From: Tubiluchus corallicola
Taxonomy: Eukaryota > Animalia > Priapulida
Assembly (NCBI GenBank): GCA_030141605.1
Contig: JAQGDQ010000524.1
Span: 90,041-154,040, forward strand
Direction of reading: 5' to 3'
DNA: 64,000 nucleotides
Of the stretch, positions 43,563 through 56,875 are shown piece after piece (within the stretch, counting starts at the first letter, position 1; every line of letters starts with the position of its first letter). The notes under the pieces were generated by a model, which saw nothing but the letters and a program-made list of their open reading frames with translations, did no database searches and was not told the DNA's origin. The position numbers were made by a program, and so were the translations under genes.

Positions 43563-44705
43563 TTTACTGTCCAAAATATACATTATCTTGCCTATAAAAG
43601 TTGTCAATTACTGTCCAAAATATACATTTTCTTGCCTATAAAAGTTGGCAATTACTGTCCAAAATATGCAATTTTCCTGCCTATAAAAGCTGGCAATTAC
43701 TGTCCAAAATATGCAATTTTCTTGCCTATAAAAGTTGGCAATTACTGTTCAAAATATACACTTTCTTGCCTACAAAAGTTGGCAATTACTGTCCAAAATA
43801 TGCAATTTTCTTGCCTATAAAAGTTGGCAATTACTGTCCAAAATATGCAATTTTCTTGCCTATAAAAGTTGGCAATTACTGTTCAAAATATACACTTTCT
43901 TGCCTACAAAAGTTGGCAATTACTGTCCAAAATATGCAATTTTCTTGCCTATAAAAGTTGGCAATTACTGTCCAAAATATGCAATTTTCTTGCCTATAAA
44001 AGTTGGCAATTACTGTTCAAAATATACACTTTCTTGCCTACAAAAGTTGGCAATTACTGTCCAAAATATGCAATTTTCTTGCCTATAAAAGTTGGCAATT
44101 ACTGTCCAAAATATGCAATTTTCTTGCCTATAAAAGTTGGCAATTACTGTTCAAAATATACACTTTCTTGCCTACAAAAGTTGGCAATTACTGTCCAAAA
44201 TATGCAATTTTCTTGCCTATAAAAGTTGGCAATTACTGTCCAAAATATGCAATTTTCTTGCCTATAAAAGTTGGCAATTACTGTTCAAAATATACACTTT
44301 CTTGCCTACAAAAGTTGGCAATTACTGTCCAAAATATGCAATTTTCTTGCCTATAAAAGTTGTCAATTACTGTTCAAAATATACATTTTCTTGCCTATAA
44401 AAGTTGGCAATTACTGTCCAAAATATACATTTCCTTGCCTATAAAAGTTGTCAATTACTGTTCAAAATATATAGATTTTCTTACTTACAAAAGTTGGCAA
44501 TTACTGTCCAAAATATGCAATTTTCTTGCCTATAAAAGTTGGCAATTACTGTCCAAAAAATGCAATTTTCTTGCCTATAAAAGTTGTCAATTACTGTTCA
44601 AAATATATAGATTTTCTTACTTACAAAAGTTGGCAATTACTGTCCAAAATATGCAATTTTTTTGCCTATAAAAGTTGGCAATTACTGTCCAAAATATACA
44701 TTTCT
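43563..44705. repeat. 44/45-bp minisatellite (~25 monomers) with a 134-bp higher-order period
   Basis: Monomer CTTGCCTATAAAAGTTGGCAATTACTGTCCAAAATATGCAATTTT; identical ORFs start at 43735, 43869, 44003 and 44137 (134-bp steps). Confidence 0.95.
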
Positions 44706-44721
44706 TCAAATTCATACATAT

Positions 44722-45008
44722 TCATCAAAACCACCACCACCACCACCACCGTCGTCGTCCTTGTCATCATCATCGTCATCGTCGTCATCAAAACCACTGC
44801 CACCATTGTCTTCGTCGTGGTCATCATCATCGTCATCGTCGTCATCAAAACCATTGCCACCATCGTCATCATCGTCATCGTCGTCATCACCACCACCACC
44901 ATCATCGTCATCAACATCATCATCATCGTCGTCGTCGTCGTCATCATCTTCATCATTATCATCATCATCATCTTCATCATCATCATCATCACCGTTATCA
45001 TCGTCATG
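44722..45008. repeat. (CAT/CGT/CAC)n tract
   Basis: Direct reading. Confidence 0.9.
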
Positions 45009-45939
45009 GCCTTGATTTCTATTGCGTGGAATCCAGAAAGACATTTACAGAAGGACAACCAATGTACATTATCATAATCAGACCGCATAGATTACGTGCT
45101 AAATTCCAAAGCTGAACCAGGCCTAGTTCACTCATTCAGCATCATGTTTGCACTTGAGATAGAAAGAGGTGACCCTTCAGTGCTCTCACGGATCAGCAAC
45201 AGCTACAGCGGCTATGACGTGCATCAACCTAATGATAACACGGAAGGGTAATAGTTCTGTTGAATCAAACTGTCTATTGTCTCTATCAAATCAAATGCTC
45301 GACAGATTTTCTCCAAAGTTCATTCCAAAGGGGCGTTTCCAAAAAAGGTTGCCACTCTGAATAGCTCCTTCCAATTTTGCGAAATACCTTGCGTCCGAAA
45401 ACTGCAAAAAATGATGAAGAGTTTTGAAGATTTTGTTTGCTTTTTGAGAGAGATTCTTTTCTTCATCTCGCTCAGTGCAGCATCACTTTATTCTGAAGCT
45501 GCCATCTTAGATACGGATAGAAAAGAGCATCTCACCCTTGCTGATTATTAATGTAAATAAAACGGTGCTTGGTTACGTTAGATAACCGTGCTTACAGTCA
45601 GAAACAAATCTCATTCATGTAGCTAAAATAGCGAGGAAGCTTGTTAAACTCCTGGCTTTAGGGAGGGTGACTGAGAGAACGATTATTAAGCTCTGATGTG
45701 TGGATAGAGTGCACTTTTTGGAGGGACGGCTGCATCCAGCGCCAGACGTCACTATTTAGAGGACAGACGAGTAAGATTCTTTACGCTAGATGACGCTAAT
45801 TTATTAAGGCAAGTTCAGTTTATGGAGTTTTCTGTTGTGTGTTTTCTCTCTGACAGCAAACTGGCAAGAGTGAAATGCTTTGTATATTACTGTCAGCATG
45901 TTATTGCAAACTCTGCGACAGTAACTGTTGCTAAGAATT

Positions 45940-46475
45940 GATTTCTTGCAAGTTACTGTCCAGTCTGAACGTCACGGCGAGTTACTCTCGACATTTCTCT
46001 CGAGTTTCTGCTCGCATTCGCTGTTGGAGAGTAACTCGCAACAAGATTTGTTTTCAATTGTGAATGCACTTGCGAGTTACTGTCTAGTGTGAACATCGCA
46101 GCGAGTTACTCACACACTTTTTGCCGTGATTAGAGAAGCGAGTGTCAGCTCACGCTTACTGTCGGAGAGTAACTCGCAACAAGTTTTGTTCTCCAGTGTG
46201 AACGTGCTTGCGAGATACCCGGCGAGTTACTCTTCACCCTTCTCGCCACAAATAGAGAAGCGAGCGTTTGCTCACGCTTACTGTCGCAGAGTAACTCGGA
46301 ACAAGTTTTCTTCTCCAGTGAGAATTTGCTTGCGAGTTACTTGGCGAGTCACTCTTGACACTTCTCGCCGTGAATAGAGAAGCGAGTGTCAGCTCACGCT
46401 TACTGTCGGAGAGTAACTCGCATCAAGTTTTGTTCTCTAGTATGAACGTGCTTGCGAGTTACTTGGCGAGTTGAC
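45940..46475 (-). repeat. Dispersed repeat family A, several tandem units
   Basis: Reverse complement of the 7100-7332 units. Confidence 0.75.
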
Positions 46476-46809
46476 TATGCACAACACTGTGTACTAGCTT
46501 AAGGTGGAAAAATGAAAAGGAGGAAAAATCATGGAGAATTTTTAAAATACGAGCCCAAAAAAGCAAAATCGTTAGATCACAGAGCACCGAAAAAATAAGA
46601 CTAAGGCTGAGACTAAGACTAAAACTGAGTCCAAGACTAAGACTAAGGCTGTGATTAAGACTTGGTAAGAAATGCCACAAAAGCATAAAAATCGCACACG
46701 AAGAAAAAAATTCTGGATATTTTCTGTGCACTTTTAATTTCTCTAATATTTTCTGCCTGAAGACAGTTCACAGAAATGTACTGAAACGGAATACATCTGT
46801 TTAATTTCC

Positions 46810-47305
46810 TTGTCGTTGTTGTTGTCGTCGTCGTTGTCATGGTTGTCATTATTGTTGCTCTCGTTGTTGTTTTTGTTGTTGTCGTCATAGTCGTCGTACG
46901 TCGGCGTCGTTGTTGTTGTTGTTGTCATTTTTGTAGTTGTTGTCGTTGTTATTATCATTGTTGTCACTGTTGCTGTTGTTGTCATTCTTGTCGTTGTTGT
47001 CGTCGTTATTATCATTGTTGTCATTGTTGTCGTTGTTGATGTCATTGTTGTCTTTGTTGTTGTCGTCGTTGTTATCATTGTTGTCATTGTTGTCGATGTT
47101 GTTATCATTGTTGCATTGTTGTCGTTGTTGTTGTTGTCGTTGTTGATGCCATTTTGTGGTTGCTGTTTTTGTTGTTGTCGTTGTTGTCATCATAGTTATC
47201 TTTGTCGTTGATTTTGTCGTCGTCGTTGTCATTGTTGTCGTTGTTATTGTCGTATTTGTCGTCGTATTTGTCATCGTAGTTGTTGTCATTGTTGTCGTCG
47301 TCATT
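46810..47305. repeat. (GTT/GTC)n tract
   Basis: Direct reading. Confidence 0.9.
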
Positions 47306-47707
47306 GACTATTTGTTACAATCGTGTTTTTTAGTACTCATAAATCCGAGACAAACAATGCTGAATACTAAATAACTAAGTATAAGCGTCACCAGGAAGTG
47401 TGCAGTCACTCAGTTACAGACGTCCTCTCCTTCGATAAACATTAAACAGCGCCTATCCTATAGACTGTGCGCATGCGCAAACTTATCATTGGTTTTCCGC
47501 CTTTGTTCATTACTGTTTACAAAGGAAAACGGACAATTTTTCTTTGCATTACTAAAGATGCATAAGTTCATTGATAGTTTTAGATGATCTATTACCCGTT
47601 AATTGTTGCTAAGGTTGGCTAAAGTGTCCATATATATTATATTTATAAGACTATATTAATATGATAATTTGTTACGTTCTGCAGGTAAAGTCTAAACAGC
47701 TTTGGAG

Positions 47708-49409
47708 ATGCAGACAGCTGTGATTAGCATCTTAACTTGTTGGGCACTTTTCACCGTCTGTCACGTGACTGCCCATGATGTCAGTGGTACGTAAGGCCAA
47801 CCTGCCATTATAAGTATCAGTCGTATTAAACTTGCTAAAATGGCGTCGACGGTGATATTGATACTTGTAACGGAAGCATTGTTGTTGTTGGTGGTGATAG
47901 TGCTGGTGCTGGTGTTGGTGTTAGTGGTGGTGGTTGTGGTGTTGCCTGGAAGTGGTAGTGGTGGTGGTGGTAGTGGTGATGGTGGTGGTGGCGGTTGTGG
48001 TAGTAGTGGTGATGTTGGTGTTGCGTGTTGGTGCTGGTGTTGCCTGGTGTTGGTGGTGATGGTGGTGTTGCATGGTGGTGGTAGTGGTGGTGGTGGCGAT
48101 TTTGGTGGTGGTGGTAGTTGTGGTGGTGGTGGTAGTTATGATGGTGGTGGTAGTTGTGGTGGTGGTGGTAGTGGTGCTGGTGTTGTCTGGTGTAATAAAG
48201 ATGTAAAATATTGGTATTTATAGTCGGTCAGACACCATTTAAGAAATAACAAGTGCAATAATCAAGTAAGAAGAAAGAAAATAAAACAGAAGAAAAGAAA
48301 AAGAGAGGACTGATAATTTAAATTTAAATTTGGTTGAGTTACATGCTGTGACTTTTGATTTTGACTCAAAATATAAGCAGTGTTAAATAAAATTTTGTAT
48401 TTCAGGTGGCAATTCTAATTTCACTAGCACTGACACAGCAAAAGTTGATAAAACTCCAATTAAAACTGGTGAAAGCAAAACTACAGTATTCAATGGACGA
48501 AATGCAAAAGATTTAGAGGGAAATAGAAATCTCATTAACCAGTTAGTTAGGCAAAAAGCACAACGCTTACAAGAAAAACAAACCAATGCTAATTCCCGAA
48601 GACCAAACGTGGCAAAAGCAAGCAGTGCCAGTAAACGGAGACCAAATGTGGCAAGAGCAAGCAGTGCCAGTAAACGGAGACCAAACCTGGCAAGAGCAAG
48701 CAGTGCCAGTAAATGGAGACCAAACATGGCAAGAGCAAGCAGCGGCAATAAACGGAGGCCAAACGTGGCAAAGGCAAGCAGTGGTAATAAACGGAGGCCA
48801 AATGTGGCAAAAGCAAGCAATGGTAATAAGCAGAGACCAAACGTGGCAATAGCAATCAGTGCCAACAAACGGAGACCAAACGTGGCAAAAGCAAGTAGTG
48901 CCAATACACGGAAAACAAATGTGGCAAGAACAAATGGATCAAAGTCAAATCCAAGATCCGTCAAAGCACAGTCAAAAGCTAGAAAGATAACACCAAAACT
49001 GAGAGCCATTAGAGCTCGGACAGAAAAAAGTTCAAACCGTAGTAAACAAAAATCGAGACGGTCAGTTGTGGTCAGCAAACCGCAGGCGGCAAGAACAAAT
49101 CAACCAAGAGGAACTAACAGAAAACCAGCACCAAATAAGAAAACTGCAGCTCGCAAACCAGCACAGAGAACCAGACGTATCAAAGCAAAACCAGCGAGGT
49201 TGGGCACCTCTGGTAGGAGAAGAATAGCTAGCAAAAATCAAAAAGGTTCAACGTCCCGCAGAACACAGACAAGAAGAAGAGGTAGCCAAAAAAGAACGAC
49301 TAAGAATAAGGTCAATAACAATAAGACAAAAACAGCAAGTAAAAGAAAGAAAGTGACAGCAACAAGATCTTCCAAGACACGTCGACAAGGAGGCAACAAA
49401 AAAGGCTAG
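47708..49409 (+). CDS. Secreted Arg/Lys-rich repetitive protein, join(47708-47786,48406-49409), ~360 aa
   Basis: Exon 1 gagATG MQTAVISILTCWALFTVCHVTA-HDVS (signal-peptide-like), donor GTACGT phase 1; acceptor ttttgtatttcAG at 48404-48405 continues in frame into ORF 48609..49409; 8-9 copies of RRPNVAKASSASK. Confidence 0.8.
47878..48185. repeat. (GGT)n tract in the intron of the basic-protein gene
   Basis: Direct reading. Confidence 0.9.
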
Positions 49410-49716
49410 TCTGGTTTGGAACCAGCGGTCTTTGATAATTATTGCAGCATCTCTTCATCAATTTGTTATTTGGTGAGATTTGACGACATAAAATGGCTTC
49501 TTTTCGTCTGAGCATGCGCAGAACCGATGGTTACCAGTTATCACAGACATCACTCATTATTTTCAAGAATTATATTTATCAGGTTGAGAAATTCTAATGC
49601 ATTCAAATAGTTAAGACAAGGTAGTTTTCTGTTTCCTATATTAGACAACTTTTATCTAACGCGCTTCATAGAGAAGTTTACACAAATGATTTAATGTATG
49701 CTGATGATGCATGTAT

Positions 49717-50762
49717 ACCAGATTTGCTTTAATATTATACTGTGCAAACAAGGCTTGGTTTAATATTATACTGTGTAAACAAGATTTGGTTTAATATTAT
49801 ACTGTGCAAAACAAAATTTTGTTTAATATTATGCTGTGCAAAGCAACATTTGGTTTAATATTGTACTGTGCAAAACCAGATTCGGTTTAACATTATATTG
49901 TGCAAAACAAGATTTGGTTTAGTATTATACTGTGCAAAACAAGATTTGGTTTAATATTGTACTGTGCAAACAAGATTTGGTTTAATATTATACTATGCAA
50001 AACCAGATTTGGTTTAATATTATACTACGCAAACAAGATTTGGTTTAATATTATACTGTGCAAAACCAGATTTGGTTTAATATTATATTGTGCAAAACAA
50101 GATTTGGTTTAGTATTATACTGTGCAAAACATGATTTGGTTTAATATTGTACTGTGCAAACAAGATTTGGTTTAATGTTATACTGTGCAAAACCAGATTT
50201 GGTTTAATATTATACTGTGCAAAACCAAATTTGGTTTAATATTATAATGCGCAAAACAAGATTTGGTTTAATATTATACTGTGCAAAACAACATTTGGTT
50301 TAATATTATACTGTGCAAAACCAGATTTGGCTTAATATTATACTGTGCAAACAAGATTTGGTTTAATATTATACTGTGCAAAACAACATTTGGTTTAGTA
50401 TTATGCTGAGGAAAACCAGATTTGGTTTAATATTATGCTGTGCAAAACCAGATTTGGTTTAGTATTATGCTGAGGAAAACCAGATTTGGTTTAATATTAT
50501 ACTGTGCAAAACAAGATTTGGTTTAATATTATACTGTGCAAAACAAGATTTGGTTTAATATTATACTGTCCAAAGCAACATTTGGTTTAGTATTATGCTG
50601 TGCAAAACCAGATTTGGTTTAATATTATATTGTGCAAACAAGATTTGGTTTAATATTATACTGTGCAAAACAATGTTTGGTTTAATATTATACTGTGCAA
50701 AACCAGATTTGGCTTAATATTATACTGTGCAAACAAGATTTGGTTTAATATTATACTGTGCA
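49717..50762. repeat. 31/32-bp minisatellite, ~32 copies
   Basis: Unit AAAACAAGATTTGGTTTAATATTATACTGTGC. Confidence 0.95.
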
Positions 50763-51084
50763 TATAGAACACTCTGACGTGAGTGTTCTATGGAGTCATT
50801 AGAAAATAGTAGAACGTTCTCAAAGGCAGTGTGTATCTGTAGTTGATAGGACTCAATATGCATTATAGGTTCAGAAAAACGTAATCGTATTACATGAATA
50901 GAACAGAGTTAAACTATAGAAACTATAATTTACTATAGATAAGAGAAAAACTTTGTGATTTTGATTCTTGCTTTGCGTTTTTGTCACTTAAGTTTTGTGA
51001 AATTGATTTGTAATTTTGAGTTTAAATTTTGATTTGTGCAATGTGCAAAAACATGTGATTCGCTTGTAGGTTTATAACACACAA

Positions 51085-51282
51085 ATTTACATTATGTACA
51101 TTAAATAAATCTTTACATTATGTACATTAAATAAATTTTTACATTATGTACATTAAATAAATCTTCACGTTATGTATATTAAATAAATCTTTACATTATG
51201 TACATTAAATAAATTTTTACATTATGTACATTAAATAAATTTTTACATTATGTACGTAAAATAAATGTTTAAATTATGTAAT
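51085..51282. repeat. 26-bp minisatellite, ~7 copies
   Basis: Unit TTTACATTATGTACATTAAATAAAT(C/T). Confidence 0.9.
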
Positions 51283-51954
51283 CTAATAATTTAATCACCA
51301 ATTTAACCAAAATCATTTTTTAACACAGCTTTCCTTTACTTCCTGTAGTGAAATCGTTTCAGAGAAATTGCAAGGAGATTAAGCCATGGATCTCTGAACG
51401 TTGGTCTTATTAAATGAAGAAGGGCCATTAACAGTTTTAGCTCGAGTATTTTACATTTGATTTAAAAAGGTTCAATTGTGTTTTCTTCTGCCTTTAATTT
51501 ATACAGCTACAAAACTTTTTGTTCATTTATTTATTTATTTTATTTCACATTCGTTAAAACGTACTTTAAAATTATGCTGTAACCAACAAAACATAAGTGT
51601 AAGGAGAGAAATAAAGAAATAAACTACTTTTACATACGCCTATCAGATGCAAGTCATTACCGAAATTCAAAGACCTCAATTTATTTTTGAAAAGGGAAGG
51701 AGTTAGGAATTCAGCACACAATTTAAATTCAATAAAACTAACTCTAACCCTGACTCTCTCTCTCTCTCTCTCAACGATAACCCCAACCCTAACTCTAGCC
51801 ATACCGCTAATCTCAACCCTAAACTCTAATCCTAATCCTAATCCGCTTCACGTACTAATTTCTTACGTGTAAACTTAAGTCCTGAAAAGCCTAAAGTGAC
51901 CAAAGGTGCATACAGTGGACAGAAACGACTGTGGTCGTAAGATGACCATGGCTA

Positions 51955-52522
51955 CAGTGTTCCCTCGCTACTTTGCGGACTCGCTGTTTCGCGGGTTTTC
52001 AAAAATAATAATGTAAAATATTTATCGCGGTATTTTCGCTGTTTCGCGGGTTTTTGCGGGTTTAGACTCCGTCTAAAGTATTTTTGCACATGCGTAGTAC
52101 GTATTGTACAGTAATGTATAGATAAATTTGCATAAAAAAATCACAAAATGTATAAAAATATATTAAAAATATTAATTCTAACATTAAAAAAATATTGTAA
52201 ATCATAGAAAATTACCATTTACAGTAAATACTGTATTTATTCGTCGGATGAATACACACCAAAACGCAATGTAGTACTTGCGCCCTCTTGAGATGCTACT
52301 TGCCGACGTGAGATTGTACACAACACACGATTGGTTGATTGTTGGAAAACTTTTTAAAAGGTACATGTACAGTATGGGAAAGTTATTAAGGGAATGGGAA
52401 AGCGCTAGGAATAAGAGTGTGGAGAGGGTTTAAAATGATGTACAACTACTAAAATAAGACCTGCGTCCCTACATCCCGGGTGGGCCTGGAACGGAACATC
52501 CTCGATAAGTGAGGAAACACTG
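51955..52522. mobile_element. Tigger/pogo-like MITE
   Basis: TA|CAGTGTTCCCTCGCT ... AGTGAGGAAACACTG|TA. Confidence 0.8.
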
Positions 52523-53763
52523 TATTTTACTGAAATGGGTAGAGAATTCCGAGCTCGGTTGGAGAAGAAATACGCAAAACCTTTTTTATCCTTTCTGCGA
52601 ACATACAGCATGAGAGTAGAGACTGTGGCAAATTTTTGTCCTACCAGTATTTCGCTTACCCTGAGAGTTTTGAGAATCGTTTGGGATAACTCCAATACTG
52701 AACAGAAATTTCTTTCCCAAAATTTAATGCAAAAGAGGAAGTCCACTGCAGTACGCTCAACCCTGATGTTGATATTAAGAGCAGTTGGTTAGAACAACGA
52801 GCGTTCTAGAATAAAGTCGAATCTACGGCGCAACAGTACGCTGACGACATTATTTACATTGGTGTTATAAACACGAAAATTCTTTGCATAAGGTGTTTCT
52901 GCAGTCTTTATTCTCTAAAGAAGGAGGAAAAACAAAAGAACACATACATTTTGCAGTAATATAATTTGAACAAAAAATACCGAAATTTACACAGAAAATT
53001 GCTATCTAATTAATAAACTTAGATTTACAAAAATCAGTATCTTTATTCGGCTAGAGAGAGCACACTGTTTATGGTTGAAGCATGACATTAAATTTCTCAT
53101 ATAGAAATCACATTAACCACCAATTACAAGTAAGTCGCTGCAATAACCAGTTGACACTGAAAGCAATTGCCCACTTTTCCCCTTTAGTGTTTGGCTCCCT
53201 CATGCGGGAAGAATAAAAAACAAATTATATGGGTAATTGGGTAATTTGCCCATAATAATAGGTCTATATTGCCACATTCTAGAGGTCATTCTAAAGAAGC
53301 GTTCTAACTGGAGAGTGTTCTCTCTGAAAGTTCTTGCAACGAACAGAACTTGTCTGCAAGAAACTTGCAGTAGAACTCTCAGCAATTCTCGGAGAGTTCA
53401 ATAACTTGCCGAGAGAACTCGCAAATTCATTCACACTTGTGAGTTTACTCTCAGAGAGAACTCTCACAGAGAACTCTGGAGAAAAACCTCTCTAGTCTGA
53501 ATGCGCCATCAACGTTTCTAGGGGCTTCCGTCCAGAAGAAATTGTTAATTGTGTGGTAATAATTCTTCCACGTAAGTCACTTTTGAAAAAAAAATAGTAT
53601 GTTCCCTTTCAATATTTTAAAGAGTAGACCTACAGTTTAAGATTAGGTTCGGTTTCGTTTTAAGATCAAATTCATCGACGAACTCAACATTTTCCTTAAC
53701 CTGGTTAGTCTTTTTCAAGAATAGCTTTTAAGCCTGTAATTAAATGCCTTGTCCTCTACTGGA

Positions 53764-54261
<498 letters not shown>

Positions 54262-54445
54262 CTCCTGGACATAGTATCTTTGCGCATTTTACTTGAAGTC
54301 TTAGCTGTAGAAGTAAGTAGAGTAACTTACTCCGTTAATTACTTGTTAATAACGCACAATTTACTTGAAAAACCGGCCCTTACTTGGTAAACTGCGATAC
54401 TATCAGGGGGTAGGTTTAATACTCACACTAGCACCTGTAGTAGCG

Positions 54446-54525
54446 TCACGTGCTTGAATGTTAACCAATAACATTGCTCAGGCAAAGCAGAATGTTTTGA
54501 GCCAGAACTCTGCTATCTAAACCGG
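54446..54525 (+). promoter_or_regulatory. Upstream module of 5S copy 1 (TCACGTG -98, CCAAT -79, TAAACCGG -26)
   Basis: Same motifs with conserved spacing upstream of all three 5S copies. Confidence 0.65.
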
Positions 54526-54543
54526 TTTAAAGTCCTTTACGAT

Positions 54544-54662
54544 GTCTACGGCCATATCACGTTGAAAACACCGGTTCTCGTCTGATCACCGAAGTTAAGC
54601 AGCGTAGAGCCTGGTTAGTACTTGGATGGGTGACCGCCTGGGAATACCAGGTGCTGTAGGCT
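54544..54662 (+). rRNA. 5S rRNA gene copy 1
   Basis: GTCTACGGCCATATCACGTTGAAAACACCGGTTCTCGTCTGATCACCGAAGTTAAGC...TAGTACTTGGATGGGTGACCGCCTGGGAATACCAGGTGCTGTAGGCT followed by a T-run Pol III terminator. Confidence 0.97.
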
Positions 54663-54727
54663 TTTTCTTGCGACTATTTGATTTTTGCTAGCACTGAATG
54701 ATGCTGCTCTGTTATCAATCGAGCACT

Positions 54728-54777
54728 GGCCATATGATGTTGAAAATACCGGCTCTTGTTTGATCACCTAAATTATT
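54728..54777 (+). pseudogene. Degenerate 5' fragment of 5S rRNA
   Basis: GGCCATATGATGTTGAAAATACCGGCTCTTGTTTGATCACCTAAATTA aligns to 5S nt ~7-55. Confidence 0.7.
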
Positions 54778-55383
54778 ACTTGTTGTTTTAAAACTTTTAT
54801 GTCTTTGAACAAATCTACGGGAGTGGTAAATTTCTTGCTGTTTATAGACAAACATCTCAAGTATTAATGTGGTAATTTTCAAACGACTGAATTATTTTCT
54901 TCTCATAATATCGTGATCAAAACTTCGGCACATTTTTGCACCACCTGGTACAATTTATAATCATGCAGAACACTGATCCGTCTGCATGATGGAAAACAAT
55001 TTTACGACAATAAAGCCTGACTGAAACAATAGTGAAAATTAATGTAATTATGTAAGCTATTGTTGTTATATGCACAATTTGCTAAATTACCTAACGCAGA
55101 CGTAATTTTCTTACCAACAAACAAGTTTATCAAATAGAATAACGGATCTGGATCCGCCCCAAAATTGCTTCACGTAAGCTTCGCCCCTCTGACAATTTAA
55201 TTCATGGAATTTTATTGAACACTGTTATCTTTGCGTTGTCCTGCTAGTAAACATACAAGCAAACAAACAAATGGTCTTTTAATGAAGGTATTAAAGCTAA
55301 GAACACCCAGCAAAAACGCCAAAGTAATGAAAGTATGACACTAAAAGTACAGGACCAGCTACTGTATAACATACGCTACGTGA

Positions 55384-55483
55384 TCACGTGACAGCTGAAT
55401 AACCAATCATCTTCCTTTTGTGGTGTTGATGTCACGCGATTTTCCGTCACGCGGTTGAATCTGTGCTCTGCTATGTAAACCCG
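55384..55483 (+). promoter_or_regulatory. Upstream module of 5S copy 2 (TCACGTG -118, CCAAT -99, TAAACCCG -26)
   Basis: Same motifs and spacing as copies 1 and 3. Confidence 0.65.
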
Positions 55484-55501
55484 ATACAAGACAAGTGGAA
55501 T

Positions 55502-55620
55502 GTCTACGGCCATATCACGTTGAAAACACCGGTTCTCGTCTGATCACCGAAGTTAAGCAGCGTAGAGCCTGGTTAGTACTTGGATGGGTGACCGCCTGGG
55601 AATACCAGGTGCTGTAGGCT
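55502..55620 (+). rRNA. 5S rRNA gene copy 2
   Basis: Identical to copy 1; T-run terminator. Confidence 0.97.
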
Positions 55621-56129
55621 TTTTGTATTCCTTCTTTTAATTTAATATTTTTGCTGTTTATTGTAAATAACCAAAGGAATAAATTTAAGTTTTAATAATT
55701 TAACAAGTATTAATGAGTTAATAATTTAAAACTTTCCTTTTCTGTTTACTGACACTAGTTTTATAAATATGTAGATTTACACGTAGAATTAATTTGTTTG
55801 CTTACTGCAAAAATCATCACTGTTATCATCAGCGTCATCATTATCGTCATCAAAATTGTGCAAACATTTGTGTAGGTAAGATCAAATATTTACTTCATCA
55901 TGTTTTCCAAATACCCGAAAGTTTATCCCATTATAAAGTTTATGGCAATAATTTTGCTTGTCTCTTTAAATGAAACGGTTGGTGGTTTTAAACTGCTGAT
56001 GACAATTACCATTTTACCAAATATGGTGTGATACGCGGTATAATAGCAGGAAATAAAGAATTTTATCAAGATTAATTTCCCCATTGCACGTCCTGTCCGT
56101 GGCGTCTTGGCTTAATTTTATGGTGGTTT

Positions 56130-56457
56130 TGGGAAGTTGTTGCATCGTCAGTGAGCATGTGGGCTTATGTTATTATTAGTGTTCTCACGTTTTAGACCTT
56201 TTATAAAGTGTTTGTGGTGTGTTGAGGCTAATGTAGATTCTCATTAAAGAGGAACAAACTTTGCTCCTCTTGGGAGGTTGTTGCATCGTCAGTGAGCATG
56301 TGGGCTTATGTTATTATTAGTTTTCTAACGTTTTAGACCTTTTATAAAGTGTTTGTGGTGTGTTAAGGCTAATGTAAATTCTCATTAAAGAGGAACAAAC
56401 TTTGATCCTCTTGGGAAGTTGGGAAGTTGTTGCATCGTCAGTGAGCATGTGGGCTTG
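56130..56457. repeat. ~141-bp tandem duplication (about 2.3 copies) in the 5S spacer
   Basis: GTTGTTGCATCGTCAGTGAGCATGTGGGCTT at ~56137, ~56277 and ~56426. Confidence 0.85.
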
Positions 56458-56648
56458 TCACGTGAGGGTTGTAATTAAGACGCGTTGCTGTGGTACACTT
56501 AAACTTTGACCTATAGCAACTGCGCGTGCGCATAATGAAACTAAGAAAGGGCTTATTAATAACCCTCGTACGTAGATGGGTAACCAGTCACTTTACAATA
56601 AACTCTGATAACAGAACTTGTAGCAGTACTTGACTAGAAGTGATGGTG

Positions 56649-56738
56649 TCACGTGCCTGAAAGTTAGCCAATCACGTTGCTTATGTTAATTTTAGAACGT
56701 CACATTATTTAAAATGAAACATTTCCTGTGTAAACCCG
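56649..56738 (+). promoter_or_regulatory. Upstream module of 5S copy 3 (TCACGTG -108, CCAAT -89, TAAACCCG -26)
   Basis: Same motifs and spacing as copies 1 and 2. Confidence 0.65.
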
Positions 56739-56756
56739 TTTAAACAAAATTTAAAT

Positions 56757-56875
56757 GTCTACGGCCATATCACGTTGAAAACACCGGTTCTCGTCTGATC
56801 ACCGAAGCTAAGCAGCGTAGAGCCTGGTTAGTACTTGGATGGGTGACTGCCTGGGAATACAAGGTGCTGTAGGCT
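56757..56875 (+). rRNA. 5S rRNA gene copy 3 (3 substitutions)
   Basis: Differs at GAAGCTAAGC, GTGACTGCC and AATACAAGG; shares ~135 bp of 3' flank with copy 2. Confidence 0.93.

Noticed and set aside
48383-49078. 231-aa hydrophobic minus-strand ORF
   Set aside because: Antisense shadow of the A-rich basic-protein exon, which has the splice and signal-peptide support
51738-51845. Telomere-like CTAACC repeats
   Set aside because: Short, degenerate and interstitial; more like a transposon-associated simple repeat
54663-56756. Spliced-leader RNA or snRNA genes linked to 5S
   Set aside because: I looked for them because such linkage is common, but found no recognisable SL or U snRNA sequence
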